Shown: positions 39,146 to 49,892, counted from the stretch's first letter. The stretch is 64,000 nucleotides of DNA from Candidatus Iainarchaeum sp. (GCA_043808155.1 JAZDFD010000028.1:17870-81869); one strand, 5' to 3'. The notes: generated by a model not told the origin, from the letters alone. Translations and numbers: made by a program.

Positions 39146-39838
39146 ATGGCAGTTAGAAGAAGACAAACCGCAGAAGAGAGAGAATCCAAAAGGCTGAAAG
39201 ATAAAGAGCAGGAACTGATTAAATGGGTGGCTAAAACAAAATTAGGCAAAATGGTACAGAATGAAGAAATCAAATCATTAGACGAAGTCTTTGCTAAAAA
39301 TATGAAAATACTTGAACCGGAAATTGTTGATACACTTTTGAGCCTTGAAGAAGAAATGGTTGACTTTAAGAAAACTTCCAGAGTTGTAAGAGCAGGAAGA
39401 AAATTTTCATTCCGTGTTACAATGCTTGTTGGTGATAAAAACAAGTATGTGGGATACGGAACTGCAAAAGATGTTGAAAGATTCCCTGCAATGAGAAAGG
39501 CAGTCAGAAAAGCAAAACTTAATCTTGTAGAAGTTAAGAAAGGCTGCGGAAGCTGGGAATGCACCTGCGGTGCCGAGCATTCAGTACCTTTTGAAGTTGA
39601 AGGGAAATGTGCATCAGTACATGTGCGATTAATACCTGCACCAAAAGGAGTTGGATTAGTTGCAGGTGACAATATTAAAAAAGTGCTTGAAATGGCAGGT
39701 CTGAAAGATGTATGGACAAAAACATCAGGCAACACAAGAACAAAATTGAATTTTGTTATTGCTGCAGTTGACGCACTTTCAAAAACAGGGAAAATGAGAA
39801 TGTCAGATGACATTGCAAAAAAGTTTGAACACAAGTGA
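39146..39838 (+). CDS. rps5: Ribosomal protein uS5
   Basis: WVAKTKLG, GCGSWECTC, PAPKGVGLVAG. Confidence 0.95.
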   Translation: MAVRRRQTAEERESKRLKDKEQELIKWVAKTKLGKMVQNEEIKSLDEVFAKNMKILEPEIVDTLLSLEEEMVDFKKTSRVVRAGRKFSFRVTMLVGDKNKYVGYGTAKDVERFPAMRKAVRKAKLNLVEVKKGCGSWECTCGAEHSVPFEVEGKCASVHVRLIPAPKGVGLVAGDNIKKVLEMAGLKDVWTKTSGNTRTKLNFVIAAVDALSKTGKMRMSDDIAKKFEHK

Positions 39839-39843
39839 TGATT

Positions 39844-40305
39844 ATGTATGTGGTTATAAGAATAAGAGGAAATGTCAGAGTAAGAGATAAATTAGAGGAT
39901 ACTCTTGGAATGCTAAGACTTAACAGAGTTAATCATGCAGTTCTTGTTCCTGAGGGAAAACAATACAAAAACATGGTGCGAAAAGTTGAGCCATTTATAA
40001 CATACGGTGAAATCAATGTAGAAATGCTTGAAAAGATGCTTGCAAAACGCGGTAAAACAGAAACAGGAAAGAAATTAACAAGTGAATTTTTGAAGGAAAT
40101 TAAATTTGCATCAATGAAGGACTTAGCAGACGCAGTTATTTCAGGAAAAACTACACTGAAAAAACTCGGAATTAAACCTGTGTTCAGATTACACCCTCCA
40201 AAAAAAGGTCACATGAGACAGGGGATAAAGAAAAATTATAGTTTAGGCGGAGCTGCAGGTTACAGAGCCTCAGATATAAATGTTTTAGTTAAGAAAATGA
40301 TTTAG
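39844..40305 (+). CDS. rpl30: Ribosomal protein uL30
   Basis: VIRIRG, TLGMLRL, FRLHPPKKG. Confidence 0.94.
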   Translation: MYVVIRIRGNVRVRDKLEDTLGMLRLNRVNHAVLVPEGKQYKNMVRKVEPFITYGEINVEMLEKMLAKRGKTETGKKLTSEFLKEIKFASMKDLADAVISGKTTLKKLGIKPVFRLHPPKKGHMRQGIKKNYSLGGAAGYRASDINVLVKKMI

Positions 40306-40313
40306 GTGTCTTT

Positions 40314-40823
40314 ATGGTTGTAAGAAAACGTAGAAAGAAAAATACTCTCAGAGGAAACAGAGTTCACGGAAAAGGTGATACCAAAAACAAGAGAGGTGCA
40401 GGTTGCAGAGGCGGCAGAGGACGCGCTGGTTCACACAAACATAAATTCACAAAATACTGGAAAACATTTGGGAAATTTGGAAAATTGAAAGTTAAGAAAA
40501 CACTTATTGGAATTAACCTTTCAGATCTTGTTGAGAAACTTCCAAAACTTGTTTTGACAAAGAAAGTTGAACAGGAAAAAGGAGCATACATTATTGACGG
40601 AAAGAAATTGAAATTTGACAAGATTTTGGGCAGAGGTAAACTCAATGAACAATTAATAGTAAAAAATCTTGAAGTAACTAAAAAGGCTGCAGAGATAATT
40701 AAAAAGGCAGGCGGAAAAATAGAGAAATTAAAAGAAGAAATAACAGACAAAGACGTTGAAGAACAAGATGAAGAATTAGCAGACGATGACTTTGAAGAAA
40801 CATCAGACATGGACGAGAAGTGA
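40314..40823 (+). CDS. rpl15: Ribosomal protein uL15 with acidic C-tail
   Basis: RGAGCRGGRGRAG, KILGRG. Confidence 0.93.
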   Translation: MVVRKRRKKNTLRGNRVHGKGDTKNKRGAGCRGGRGRAGSHKHKFTKYWKTFGKFGKLKVKKTLIGINLSDLVEKLPKLVLTKKVEQEKGAYIIDGKKLKFDKILGRGKLNEQLIVKNLEVTKKAAEIIKKAGGKIEKLKEEITDKDVEEQDEELADDDFEETSDMDEK

Positions 40824-40827
40824 TTTT

Positions 40828-42204
40828 GTGGGAATACTGGATATTTTTGAACCAATTTACAATGCGTTGCCTGAAATAAAGCAGCCTGTGAAGGAAGTTC
40901 CACTTAAGAAAAAACTTATCTGGACAGGTCTTGTTTTACTTTTGTTTTATATAATGGGAAATATTACACTTATTGGTTTAGCAGGTGTGAGAGGAGATGA
41001 ACTTACAAATCTCCAGATTATTCTTGCAAGTAATATCGGAACATTAATTACTGCAGGAATCAGCCCTATTGTTTTGTCATCAATTATTTTGCAGTTACTT
41101 GTTGGTGGAAAAATCATTGACATTGATTTGTCACAGCCAAAAGATAAAGCAAGATTTCAGGGTCTGCAAAAATTATTTGCAGTTGCACTTTGTTTATTTG
41201 AAGGTGTGATTTACGTTGCATCAGGTATGCTTGAACCATCTGAAGGGATGTTTTTAATTGTGGTTGCGCAGGTTGCACTTGGTTCAATAATTTTACTTTA
41301 CTTAGATGAATTAGTTTCAAAATACGGTATTGGTTCAGGAGTTGGATTGTTTATTGCAGGTGGAGTTACAGGCAGCTTCTTGTGGTTGGTTTTGAGACCT
41401 CCGCTTATTGCAGGAGATCCTGGCGGGGCAATTTCACAATTCATTGGAAGTCTTGCAACAGGAGTTAATTTTGTTATTTTAATTCCAATCTTGATTGCAA
41501 TTGCAATTTTCTTAATAATTGTATTTGCAGAAGGAATGCATGTGAATATTCCGATAACAATGGGCAGAAAAGGAACTGGCGGAAGATTCCCTGTTAAGCT
41601 GCTTTATGTTTCAAATATTCCTGTTATTTTAGCAGTTGCATTATTTGCAAATTTCCAGTGGTGGTCATTAATGAGTGCAGAACTTGATCTTCCACTGATT
41701 GGTAAAGGAATCGGATGGGTAATGGGTGGTTTAGCTTATTATACAACAGCACCATATGGTTTGTTCGCAGATATAATTGACAGAGTTGGTGCAGAAGGCA
41801 TGCAGGGATTGTTCTTCATGTCAGGTGATTTATTCCATGCACTCATTTACATGGTTATTTTGATTGCATCATGTATTATTTTCGGTAAATTTTGGGTTGA
41901 AATGGGCGGTCAGGGTGCAGAAGCAGTTTCAAAGCAGTTAAGCGGAAGCGGAATGTACATCCCGGGATTCAGAAGAGACAGCAGAATCATAAGGCAGGTT
42001 CTTGACAGATATATTCCACCGATTGTGATTATTGGTTCAATATTTGTTGCATTATTAGCAGGCTTCGGAGATATGACACTGAATAATTTGTCATCAGGAA
42101 CAGGAATTTTGCTGACAGTTGGTATTGTTTACAGACTTTATGAAGAGCTTGCTAAGGAGCAGCTAATGGAAACAAATCCCTTATTCAAGAGGTTTTTTGG
42201 ATGA
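40828..42204 (+). CDS. secY: Preprotein translocase SecY
   Basis: About 10 TM; GISPIV, YGIGSG, LLYVSNIP, IPGFR, GTGILL. Confidence 0.96.
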   Translation: MGILDIFEPIYNALPEIKQPVKEVPLKKKLIWTGLVLLLFYIMGNITLIGLAGVRGDELTNLQIILASNIGTLITAGISPIVLSSIILQLLVGGKIIDIDLSQPKDKARFQGLQKLFAVALCLFEGVIYVASGMLEPSEGMFLIVVAQVALGSIILLYLDELVSKYGIGSGVGLFIAGGVTGSFLWLVLRPPLIAGDPGGAISQFIGSLATGVNFVILIPILIAIAIFLIIVFAEGMHVNIPITMGRKGTGGRFPVKLLYVSNIPVILAVALFANFQWWSLMSAELDLPLIGKGIGWVMGGLAYYTTAPYGLFADIIDRVGAEGMQGLFFMSGDLFHALIYMVILIASCIIFGKFWVEMGGQGAEAVSKQLSGSGMYIPGFRRDSRIIRQVLDRYIPPIVIIGSIFVALLAGFGDMTLNNLSSGTGILLTVGIVYRLYEELAKEQLMETNPLFKRFFG

Positions 42205-42374
42205 AATACGTAAGTGATGGGAAAAACAGTGCTACCGAAAGACACACAAGCTCGAGGATTGAGCCTCGCGGGCGTTCGGCTATGGACAATATTAATAAAA
42301 CTATGGTAACCCTAAATAATACGCAAATATACCGATTTTTAACCAAATTTGGGATTTTTGGGAGTGTGTTTTAA
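42201..42374 (+). CDS. 57-aa mini-ORF overlapping secY (ATGA) and the DUF106 gene (TAATG), carrying a repeat module
   Basis: Manual translation MKYVSDGK...FGIFGSVF*; 42247-42280 is identical to 8721-8754. Confidence 0.45.
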   Translation: MKYVSDGKNSATERHTSSRIEPRGRSAMDNINKTMVTLNNTQIYRFLTKFGIFGSVF

Positions 42375-42856
42375 TGGTGTTTTTTGATGTTATGCTAGAG
42401 ATTGCCTTGGTTGCAATGTGCTTAGCAGTAGTATCGCAGATAGTAAGGAGAAAGTTTGTTGATCCAAAGAAAATGAAGGAACAGCAAAAAGTTATGAAAG
42501 AAAAACAGGCAAAAATTAAGGAGTTAGTGAGCAAAGAAGACGCGAAATCAAAAGCAGAACTGCAAAGAATCCAGACAGAAATGCTTGAAGTAACAAACGA
42601 AATGATGCAGGGTTCAATGAGAATGATGATGTTTACATTTCCTGTTTACATTGTTGCATTTTGGGGTCTTGGGTATTTGTATAGTACTGCAGTAATTGAT
42701 CTTCCGATTCAGATTCCCTGGTTTGGAGAAAATTGGTCAATAAAATTTTATGAGCAAACAAACTGGATTGGATGGTATGTTTTAATTTCGCTTATAACCG
42801 GACTGGCATTAGGATTTATATTTAATGCATTGGAAAAAATAAAAGGTGAACAATAA
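42374..42856 (+). CDS. DUF106 / EMC3-TMCO1 (Oxa1 superfamily) membrane protein
   Basis: TM, coiled coil, two TM; GWIGWY-like WY motif; conserved position after secY. Confidence 0.85.
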   Translation: MVFFDVMLEIALVAMCLAVVSQIVRRKFVDPKKMKEQQKVMKEKQAKIKELVSKEDAKSKAELQRIQTEMLEVTNEMMQGSMRMMMFTFPVYIVAFWGLGYLYSTAVIDLPIQIPWFGENWSIKFYEQTNWIGWYVLISLITGLALGFIFNALEKIKGEQ

Positions 42857-43194
42857 TGACAAAACCACATGAAATGACAATGAAAAAAAAGTTCACAAGA
42901 ACAATCAGAGGCAAAGTTAAAATTTCATATTGCAGAGAGAAATCTTCAAAACACCACTGTGCAATATGCAGGGGAATATTACACGGAACTGCACACAGCA
43001 AAGGTGTTGCAGAAGTTTCTAAATTAAGTAAAACTCAGAAAAGGCCTTCGGTTATTTTCGGTGGTGTGCTTTGCACAAAATGCAGAAAAGCAGTTATGGA
43101 AGATTCAGCAAAAGTAATTTCTGAAGTTAAGGATATTAATGATGTTAATTTAAAAAGAAAAAAATATGTGGATGTTATAGTTAATAGAAAGTGA
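42856..43194 (+). CDS. rpl34e: Ribosomal protein eL34
   Basis: CAIC..LHG, KTQKRP, GGVLCTKC. Confidence 0.92.
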   Translation: MTKPHEMTMKKKFTRTIRGKVKISYCREKSSKHHCAICRGILHGTAHSKGVAEVSKLSKTQKRPSVIFGGVLCTKCRKAVMEDSAKVISEVKDINDVNLKRKKYVDVIVNRK

Positions 43195-43198
43195 TAAT

Positions 43199-43423
43199 AT
43201 GGCGGGAATTGAAATAGGAAGAATTTGTTTGAAAACCCGCGGAAGAGAAGCAGGTAAACAAGCAGTAATTGTAAGTATTGATGAAAAAACAGGATTTGCA
43301 ATTATTGACGGTACAGACATAAAAAGGAAACAATGTAATTTAAGACATCTTTTTCCAACAAATAAAAAATTAGATATTAAAAAAGATGCTAAACATGATG
43401 AAATTATTAAACTTATGAAGTGA
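43199..43423 (+). CDS. rpl14e: Ribosomal protein eL14
   Basis: IEIGRICLKTRGREAGK, CNLRHL. Confidence 0.92.
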   Translation: MAGIEIGRICLKTRGREAGKQAVIVSIDEKTGFAIIDGTDIKRKQCNLRHLFPTNKKLDIKKDAKHDEIIKLMK

Positions 43424-43427
43424 TAAC

Positions 43428-43976
43428 ATGGGCGATAAGAAAGGCAAACCAGAGAAACCAACAGGGAAAGAAAAGAAACCTGCAGAAGACAGAAAAGCTG
43501 TTGAAGACACAAGAGAAGACATCAGATATATTGTCAGAATTGCAAATAAAGATCTGAACGGCAGATTAAAAATTGCAAGAGCATTAATAGGACTTAAGGG
43601 AATTAATCACAGATATGCAAAAATTGTGACTGAAATTTTCTTAAAAGAAGCAGGACTTAGCAATGATACAAGATTAGGAGATCTTCCTGAAGAGATGGAT
43701 TCTAAATTGGAGGACATTGTACTTAATCCTGTGAAATATAAGTTACCAGAATGGACACTTAACAGGAGAAAAGATTTTGACGACGGAATTACCAAACAGT
43801 TGGTAATGAATGAATTAGATTTTGCAAAAAGAAAAGATTTGCAGAGATTAAGCGGAATCAAATCATACCGTGGACTAAGACATGTTTGGAGACTGCCTGT
43901 AAGAGGACAGAAAACAAAATCAACACACAGAGGAAAAGGCGGAACAGTCGGAGTTCATAAAAAAGATAGAAAGTAA
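43428..43976 (+). CDS. rps13: Ribosomal protein uS13
   Basis: [22 protein letters not shown]. Confidence 0.95.
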   Translation: MGDKKGKPEKPTGKEKKPAEDRKAVEDTREDIRYIVRIANKDLNGRLKIARALIGLKGINHRYAKIVTEIFLKEAGLSNDTRLGDLPEEMDSKLEDIVLNPVKYKLPEWTLNRRKDFDDGITKQLVMNELDFAKRKDLQRLSGIKSYRGLRHVWRLPVRGQKTKSTHRGKGGTVGVHKKDRK

Positions 43977-43990
43977 AAAGAGTGATTAAC

Positions 43991-44734
43991 ATGGGCGACC
44001 CAAAGAAAACACACAAACACTATGATACACCAGCAAAACCTTGGGACAAAACCAGGTTGGATGAAGAAAGAATAATTAAAGCTAAGTACGCTCTGAAAAA
44101 CAAGCGTGAGCTTTGGAAATCTGAAACAACTCTCAGACGAAAAAGAAAAAACGCAAGAAATTTACTTGCATTACCTCTTGAAGAAAGATTAAAGAGGGAA
44201 AAGGAACTACTTGGAAGTTTAAATAAATTAGGACTTTTGAGCAGAGAAGCCGCATTAGATGATATTTTATCATTAAAAAGTGACAGTCTTCTTGAAAGAA
44301 GATTACAAACAATAGTCTGGAGAAAAGGACTGGCAGCTACACCAACGCAGGCACGTCAGTTCATTGTTCATGGACATATTTCAGTGGATGGAAAAAAACT
44401 TGACAGGCCCTCATACTTAGTAAAGAAAGATGAAGAAGGAAAAATTGCATATCACAAAAAAGAATTATTCTTTGATGATAAAAAGAAAGTAAAAACACAG
44501 GCAGAAAAGAAAATGGAATTCGGGGATGTTGCAAAAAAGATGGAAGAATCACTCCCTAAAACAAAAGAAGGCGTTGAAAAGAAAGAAGCAACTGCAAAAG
44601 GCACAGCAACAAAAGAAACTAAAGAAGGGAAAACAAAGGTAAAAGTAAAAGACGATATTGAAGAAAAGTTAGAATTAGATATTGAAGTTAAGGAAGAAAA
44701 TGAATCAGATGAAGAAACTGAGGAAGTGAAATAA
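43991..44734 (+). CDS. rps4: Ribosomal protein uS4 with K/E C-tail
   Basis: [31 protein letters not shown]. Confidence 0.95.
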   Translation: MGDPKKTHKHYDTPAKPWDKTRLDEERIIKAKYALKNKRELWKSETTLRRKRKNARNLLALPLEERLKREKELLGSLNKLGLLSREAALDDILSLKSDSLLERRLQTIVWRKGLAATPTQARQFIVHGHISVDGKKLDRPSYLVKKDEEGKIAYHKKELFFDDKKKVKTQAEKKMEFGDVAKKMEESLPKTKEGVEKKEATAKGTATKETKEGKTKVKVKDDIEEKLELDIEVKEENESDEETEEVK

Positions 44735-45114
44735 TGGCTTTCGGAATAATACACATTTATGCATCACACAACAATACAATTATGTTGCTGACAGATGTAA
44801 CAGGTTCAGAAACAATTGCAAAATGTACCGGCGGGCAAGTTGTAAAAGCACAGCACAAAGAAGGAAGTCCTTATGCTGCAATGAAAATTGCAGAAATACT
44901 TGCAGAAAAAGCAAGAGAAAAAGGCATAACAGAAGTAGATGTTAAAGTGCGTGGTGCTGGAGGAAACAAACCTCAAAGTCCTGGACAGGGTTCGGAAGCT
45001 GCAATAAGAAGTCTTACACGAAACGGAATCAGAATAAGAAATATTGAAAATGTAACACCATCACCGCATGACGGATGCAGAAAGAAGAAAAGATACAGAG
45101 GAAAGAAAAAGTAG
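44734..45114 (+). CDS. rps11: Ribosomal protein uS11
   Basis: HIYASHNNT, SPYAAM, VTPSPHDG. Confidence 0.95.
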   Translation: MAFGIIHIYASHNNTIMLLTDVTGSETIAKCTGGQVVKAQHKEGSPYAAMKIAEILAEKAREKGITEVDVKVRGAGGNKPQSPGQGSEAAIRSLTRNGIRIRNIENVTPSPHDGCRKKKRYRGKKK

Positions 45115-45124
45115 GGGAATTTTT

Positions 45125-45868
45125 ATGAATATAAAAAAGCTTGAAGAAAAAAAAGGAGTAATAAAGTTACTTGTTAAAGGAACAAATGCTGCATTTATGA
45201 ATAGCATTCGAAGAACAATAATGAAAGATGTTCCGACTTTGGCAATTGAGAAAGTTTCGATTTATGATAATTCTTCAGTAGTGTTTGATGAATATCTTGC
45301 ACACAGACTGGGACTTTTACCAATTAAAACAGACCTTAAGATGTATAAAAAAGGTGACTCAGTAAAACTTATGCTTGATAAAGAAGGTCCGGGAATTGTT
45401 TACAGCAGAGACATAGAATCTACAGACCCAGCAATAGAAGTAGTTGCAAAAAAAGTTCCTTTGCTTAAGCTTAACAAAGGACAATCAATAAAACTTGAAA
45501 TGGACGCAGTAATGGGAACTGGTGAAGAGCATGTTAAATGGCAGCCTGCAATTGTAAGTTTTTACAATGTCCCAAAAATTGAAAACACAAAAGCTTCAGA
45601 TTATGCAGACGAAGCAGCAAAAATATGCCCAAAAAATGTTCTTGAAGTTAAATCAAAAAAAGTTATACTTAAGGATCCGTACAATTGCATATTATGCGGT
45701 GAATGCAGAGATGTCTCAAAAGACGATACATTAGTTCTGGATTATGATGATAGTTCATTCATAATGATGATAGAACCAACAGGTTCATTATCCGCAGCAG
45801 AAATAATGGATGAAGCAGCAAATATTTTATTAGAAAAAATAACGGAGTTAAAAAAAGCTGTTAAATAA
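45125..45868 (+). CDS. rpoD: RNA polymerase subunit D (Rpo3) with Fe-S-type domain
   Basis: NSIRR, LAHRLGLLP, HVKWQP, ICP...CILCGEC. Confidence 0.95.
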   Translation: MNIKKLEEKKGVIKLLVKGTNAAFMNSIRRTIMKDVPTLAIEKVSIYDNSSVVFDEYLAHRLGLLPIKTDLKMYKKGDSVKLMLDKEGPGIVYSRDIESTDPAIEVVAKKVPLLKLNKGQSIKLEMDAVMGTGEEHVKWQPAIVSFYNVPKIENTKASDYADEAAKICPKNVLEVKSKKVILKDPYNCILCGECRDVSKDDTLVLDYDDSSFIMMIEPTGSLSAAEIMDEAANILLEKITELKKAVK

Positions 45869-45871
45869 TAT

Positions 45872-45987
45872 GCAGGAGTACCAAAGTGGTTAAATGGGCG
45901 GGACTTAAGATGTTATTATGAAGTCATTAAAATCATGGGAAATCCCGTGGCTTAGTGCCTCCGCAGGTTCGAATCCTGCCTCCTGCA
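45872..45987 (+). tRNA. tRNA-Leu(TAA) with 32-nt intron at 37/38 (45910-45941)
   Basis: GCAGGAG/CTCCTGC acceptor stem, CGGGA-CTTAAG/A-TCCCG anticodon arm, long variable arm, GGTTCGAATCC; BHB with CTTA/TGGG helix; CCA not encoded. Confidence 0.93.
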
Positions 45988-46018
45988 CTAGATGATGAAA
46001 ATTAATTGGTGACGAACA

Positions 46019-46381
46019 ATGGGACGCGGAACAACAAAAATAAGCACAAAAATAATAATTGCAGAACTTGAAAAAGCTTCAAGAAAAAGGAAGCAGAAGA
46101 TTTGGTTAGAGATTGCTAAAATCATTTCAAAACCAAGAAGAATCAGACCAAGTATAAATTTATGGAGACTTGAAAAATTAGCAAAGAAAAACACAGACAA
46201 AATATTTTTAATTCCAGGAAAAGTTCTGGGTTATGGGAATATTGAAACAAAAGCAGAAGTAGCTGCATTAGAATTTAGTGAAAAAGCAAAAAATGCAATT
46301 CAGAAAAATGGAAAAACATATTCATTAATGGAACTTTTGGAGAAGGAAGTAAAGCCCTCAAAAATTATGATTGTTAAGTAA
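46019..46381 (+). CDS. rpl18e: Ribosomal protein eL18
   Basis: KPRR, IPGKVLG.G, AALEFS. Confidence 0.93.
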   Translation: MGRGTTKISTKIIIAELEKASRKRKQKIWLEIAKIISKPRRIRPSINLWRLEKLAKKNTDKIFLIPGKVLGYGNIETKAEVAALEFSEKAKNAIQKNGKTYSLMELLEKEVKPSKIMIVK

Positions 46382-46390
46382 GGTGTTATT

Positions 46391-46807
46391 ATGGAAATCG
46401 ACGCAACTAATCTTGTAATAGGACGACTTTCAACAGTTGTTGCACAAAAAGCGCTGGCAGGCGAATCAGTTACAATAGTTAATGCTGAAAAAGCAGTTAT
46501 TACTGGTACGCAACAGGCAGCACTTGAAAGATACAAAAGAAGAGACAGTATGACTGCAAAAGGAAATCCTCACAAAGGTCCGAAATTCAGCAGAATGCCT
46601 GACAGAATTTTAAGATATGCAATCAAAGGAATGCTTCCAATGAGAAGCAGCAGAGGGCGAATTGCATTAAGAAAAACAAGAGTTTACATTGGAATTCCTA
46701 AAGAACTTAAAGGTAAAAAATTCGAAACAATTGAAAATGCGAAAAACAAAAGTAGAAACTATCAATCTTTAGAAGATATTTCAAAAGCAATGGGTGCAAA
46801 ATGGTAA
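46391..46807 (+). CDS. rpl13: Ribosomal protein uL13
   Basis: IDA...IGRL, NAEKAVITG, GMLP. Confidence 0.95.
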   Translation: MEIDATNLVIGRLSTVVAQKALAGESVTIVNAEKAVITGTQQAALERYKRRDSMTAKGNPHKGPKFSRMPDRILRYAIKGMLPMRSSRGRIALRKTRVYIGIPKELKGKKFETIENAKNKSRNYQSLEDISKAMGAKW

Positions 46808-47289
46808 AAATGGTAAATGAAATGGCTGATGAACAAATAGACAATATGAAAACAGCTCCGTTTAAGAGAAAAAAAAGAAAAATCAAGAAACGCGGAGTTA
46901 TTGACACAAAAGCAAAAAAGAAAGAAGCAGTTGCAAGAGCTGTTGTGACTAAAGGCACAGGAAAAATAAAAATTAATAAAAGAGCTCTCAGTTTGGTTAC
47001 ACCCTATTATGTTAATGAATTAATATCTGAACCCGTTACTCTCGCAGGAGATGCCATGAATGATATTGACATCTCAATTAATGTCAAAGGCGGAGGATTT
47101 ATGGGGCAGGCAGTTGCTACAAGAAGTGCTATTGCAAAGGCACTTGTTGAGCACACTAAAGACAAGAAACTCAGAGAAAAATTTATGAAATATGACAGAC
47201 ATCTTCTTGTAGATGACTCAAGAAGAACAGAACCAAAGAAACCATTAGGTAAAAAGGCAAGAAAGAAAAAACAGAGCAGTAAAAGATAA
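46801..47289 (+). CDS. rps9: Ribosomal protein uS9 (start uncertain)
   Basis: [27 protein letters not shown]. Confidence 0.94.
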   Translation: MVKMVNEMADEQIDNMKTAPFKRKKRKIKKRGVIDTKAKKKEAVARAVVTKGTGKIKINKRALSLVTPYYVNELISEPVTLAGDAMNDIDISINVKGGGFMGQAVATRSAIAKALVEHTKDKKLREKFMKYDRHLLVDDSRRTEPKKPLGKKARKKKQSSKR

Positions 47290-47299
47290 GGTGATTGTT

Positions 47300-47494
47300 G
47301 TGATTGTACCAGTAAGATGTTTTAGTTGTGGTAAAGTTCTGAGCGATGCCTACGAGGAGTTCAGTAAAAGAGTTGAAGCAGGAGAAACTCCAAAAAAGGT
47401 TCTTGATGAACTGGGAATTGAAAGATACTGCTGCAGACGAATATTATTTTCACATGCAGAACTCATAGACGACATAATGAAATATAATGTATAA
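47300..47494 (+). CDS. rpoN: RNA polymerase subunit N (Rpo10)
   Basis: [15 protein letters not shown]. Confidence 0.95.
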   Translation: MIVPVRCFSCGKVLSDAYEEFSKRVEAGETPKKVLDELGIERYCCRRILFSHAELIDDIMKYNV

Positions 47495-47504
47495 AGGCGA
47501 TAAC

Positions 47505-48209
47505 ATGGCAGAAAAAACATTGGTTCCAATAGAAAAATATTTGAAAACAGGTTGTCATATTGGCACAAAATTCAAATCAGGAGACATGAACAGATACATT
47601 TTCAAAAGCAGAAAGGACAGTCTCAAAGTGCTGGATGTTGAAACAATTGATGAGAGAATAAAATTTGTTGCAGAATTTCTTTCGAAATATGATCCTGCGA
47701 GAATTGCAGTTGTGAGCAGAAAATTATATGGCAAGACACCTGCAAATAAATTTGCAGAATTTGTTGGTGCACAATCAATTACCGGGCGATTTGTTCCCGG
47801 CACATTTACAAATCCTCAGGCAAGAATTTTTATTGAACCACAAATTATTATTGTTGCGGAACCAGATTCAGACAATCAGGCAGTTGAGGAAGCATCTGCA
47901 ATTAGAATTCCGGTTGTTGGACTTGCTTCAACAAATAATAGTCTGAAAAATGTAGATCTTATTATTCCCATAAACAATAAGGGACGAAAAAGTTTAGCAC
48001 TTGTTTTCTGGCTTCTTGCAAGAGAAATTTTAAAAGCAAGAGGCGACATAAAAACAGATGCTGAATTTGAAGACAAGTTACCTGAATTTGAATATCAAAT
48101 GAAAGAAAGTGATGAAATAAAACTTAAGGAACGCGGAACAGGCAGAGAATTCCAGAGAAGAGGCAAATTCCAAAAAAATAAAGGCGGAAAATACTCTGGG
48201 AAAAGATAA
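47505..48209 (+). CDS. rps2: Ribosomal protein uS2
   Basis: GCHIGTK, GRFVPGTFTNP, PINNKG. Confidence 0.95.
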   Translation: MAEKTLVPIEKYLKTGCHIGTKFKSGDMNRYIFKSRKDSLKVLDVETIDERIKFVAEFLSKYDPARIAVVSRKLYGKTPANKFAEFVGAQSITGRFVPGTFTNPQARIFIEPQIIIVAEPDSDNQAVEEASAIRIPVVGLASTNNSLKNVDLIIPINNKGRKSLALVFWLLAREILKARGDIKTDAEFEDKLPEFEYQMKESDEIKLKERGTGREFQRRGKFQKNKGGKYSGKR

Positions 48210-48241
48210 CTGAATAAATAAAGATACGCCCTATTTCTTTT

Positions 48242-49051
48242 ATGACTTCACGGGAAACAGTTGTTGCAGGTCAGTTTTATCCATCAAATAAGGATGAACT
48301 GTTAAAAGAGATTAATACTTTTTTTGCAAAAACAAAAAAATCTGATTTTAAAAGCAAAGTCATTATTGTGCCTCATGCAGGATATGTTTATTCCGGACAG
48401 GTGGCAGCATCGGGATTTAAAGCATTGAAAAAAAAGAAAACATATGTTCTTCTCGGACCAAATCACACAGGATTGGGAAGTGGAATTTCAATTTCTAATT
48501 CTGATTTTTGGGAAACTCCATTAGGACAAGTTAAAGTAAATGTGGAATTGAGCAGGATTATTGCAGATGAAATTGGTGAATTAGATGAATTGTCACATAT
48601 CGGGGAACATTCAATAGAGGTTCAGCTGCCTTTTTTACAGGTTTTATTTAAAAATGATTTTGATATTGTGGCTATTTCAATCGCAACAGATGATTTGAGA
48701 GAACTGAAACATCTGGGAGAAATACTTGCCAATGCTTCAAAAAAATATGATTTTGGCATGGTTGTGAGTTCGGATTTTTCGCATTTTCTAGACCAGGAAG
48801 AGACGGAAAACAGGGATTTTGAGGCAATAAAATACATTGAAACAATGGATGTTTATGGGTTTTATAATGCTGTTAAGTCAAAAAATATGAGTATTTGTGG
48901 TGCCTCACCTATTGTTTCTGCAATGCAGTATTATTATTGCCAGAGTGGCGAGAGGTGTAACAAGGGGCGGATTATTGAATATTCCACCTCTGGTAAGGTT
49001 TCAGGGGATTTTTCAAGTGTTGTGGGCTATGCTGCAATTGGATTTGAATAA
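48242..49051 (+). CDS. MEMO1-family protein (AmmeMemoRadiSam protein B)
   Basis: VAGQFYP, PHAGYVYSG, GPNH, EHSIEVQLPFLQ, SSDFSH. Confidence 0.92.
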   Translation: MTSRETVVAGQFYPSNKDELLKEINTFFAKTKKSDFKSKVIIVPHAGYVYSGQVAASGFKALKKKKTYVLLGPNHTGLGSGISISNSDFWETPLGQVKVNVELSRIIADEIGELDELSHIGEHSIEVQLPFLQVLFKNDFDIVAISIATDDLRELKHLGEILANASKKYDFGMVVSSDFSHFLDQEETENRDFEAIKYIETMDVYGFYNAVKSKNMSICGASPIVSAMQYYYCQSGERCNKGRIIEYSTSGKVSGDFSSVVGYAAIGFE

Positions 49052-49136
49052 CATTTTTAATTAAATAACTGGGTGCAGTAACTTTATATACTAAAATATA
49101 TATCATTATACTATTAAGAGTTAATTTGGTGAAATC

Positions 49137-49892
49137 ATGAGTGACCCAGTGATAAGCAAATTCTTAGAAACCTTAGGGCTGACAGAATACGAGTCAAAAA
49201 CACTGGTTACGCTGTTTAAATTTGATGAAATTGAAGCACCTGAAATAAGCAGACGTGCTCAGGTTCCGAAAACAAGAATTTACGATGTTTTAGACAGGCT
49301 TGTTAGAAGAGGCCTGGCAATTGAAATCAAGGGACGACCTAAAAGATACAGGGTTATTGACAGAGCCACTGCAATTGATACTCTTGTTGAGCGTAAAAAA
49401 GATGATTTTAAAAAAATTGAGGATAATGCACAGACAATGAAGGCTTTGATTGCAGGTATCGGAATTATAGGGGATACGCAAGGGGAAAAAATAATGAAAG
49501 TTAAGGATAGTTTTGATTTTGAAAGAATTTTAAGTCAGGAAATTGCAAATACTAAAAATAGTATTACTGGGTTTGCAGCAATTAGTGATGATCATCAGAT
49601 TTTGAAAGAGTCCATTGAGAAAGCTAAAAGCAAAAATATAGACTTGAAATTTCTGAATTCAGTAAATAAATGCCCTGCTCAGAACTGTGGGAAAGGTAAA
49701 ATGGATGTAAAACATTTCAAACACGGAATTAATGCTTTTATTCTTGATGACAAAAAAGTTGTAATGGCGCTTAGTGATTTTAACAAAACTGCTCCGGAAT
49801 ATCATTTTGTAATTTGGAACGACAATAAACCAATGGCAAATGCATTGAACCATTACTTTGAAAAATGCTGGCAGCAGGGAAAAAATCTTTAA
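49137..49892 (+). CDS. TrmB-family transcriptional regulator
   Basis: LGLTEYE, VPKTRIYDVLDRL, GRPKRY; PLD-like C-terminal domain. Confidence 0.88.
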   Translation: MSDPVISKFLETLGLTEYESKTLVTLFKFDEIEAPEISRRAQVPKTRIYDVLDRLVRRGLAIEIKGRPKRYRVIDRATAIDTLVERKKDDFKKIEDNAQTMKALIAGIGIIGDTQGEKIMKVKDSFDFERILSQEIANTKNSITGFAAISDDHQILKESIEKAKSKNIDLKFLNSVNKCPAQNCGKGKMDVKHFKHGINAFILDDKKVVMALSDFNKTAPEYHFVIWNDNKPMANALNHYFEKCWQQGKNL

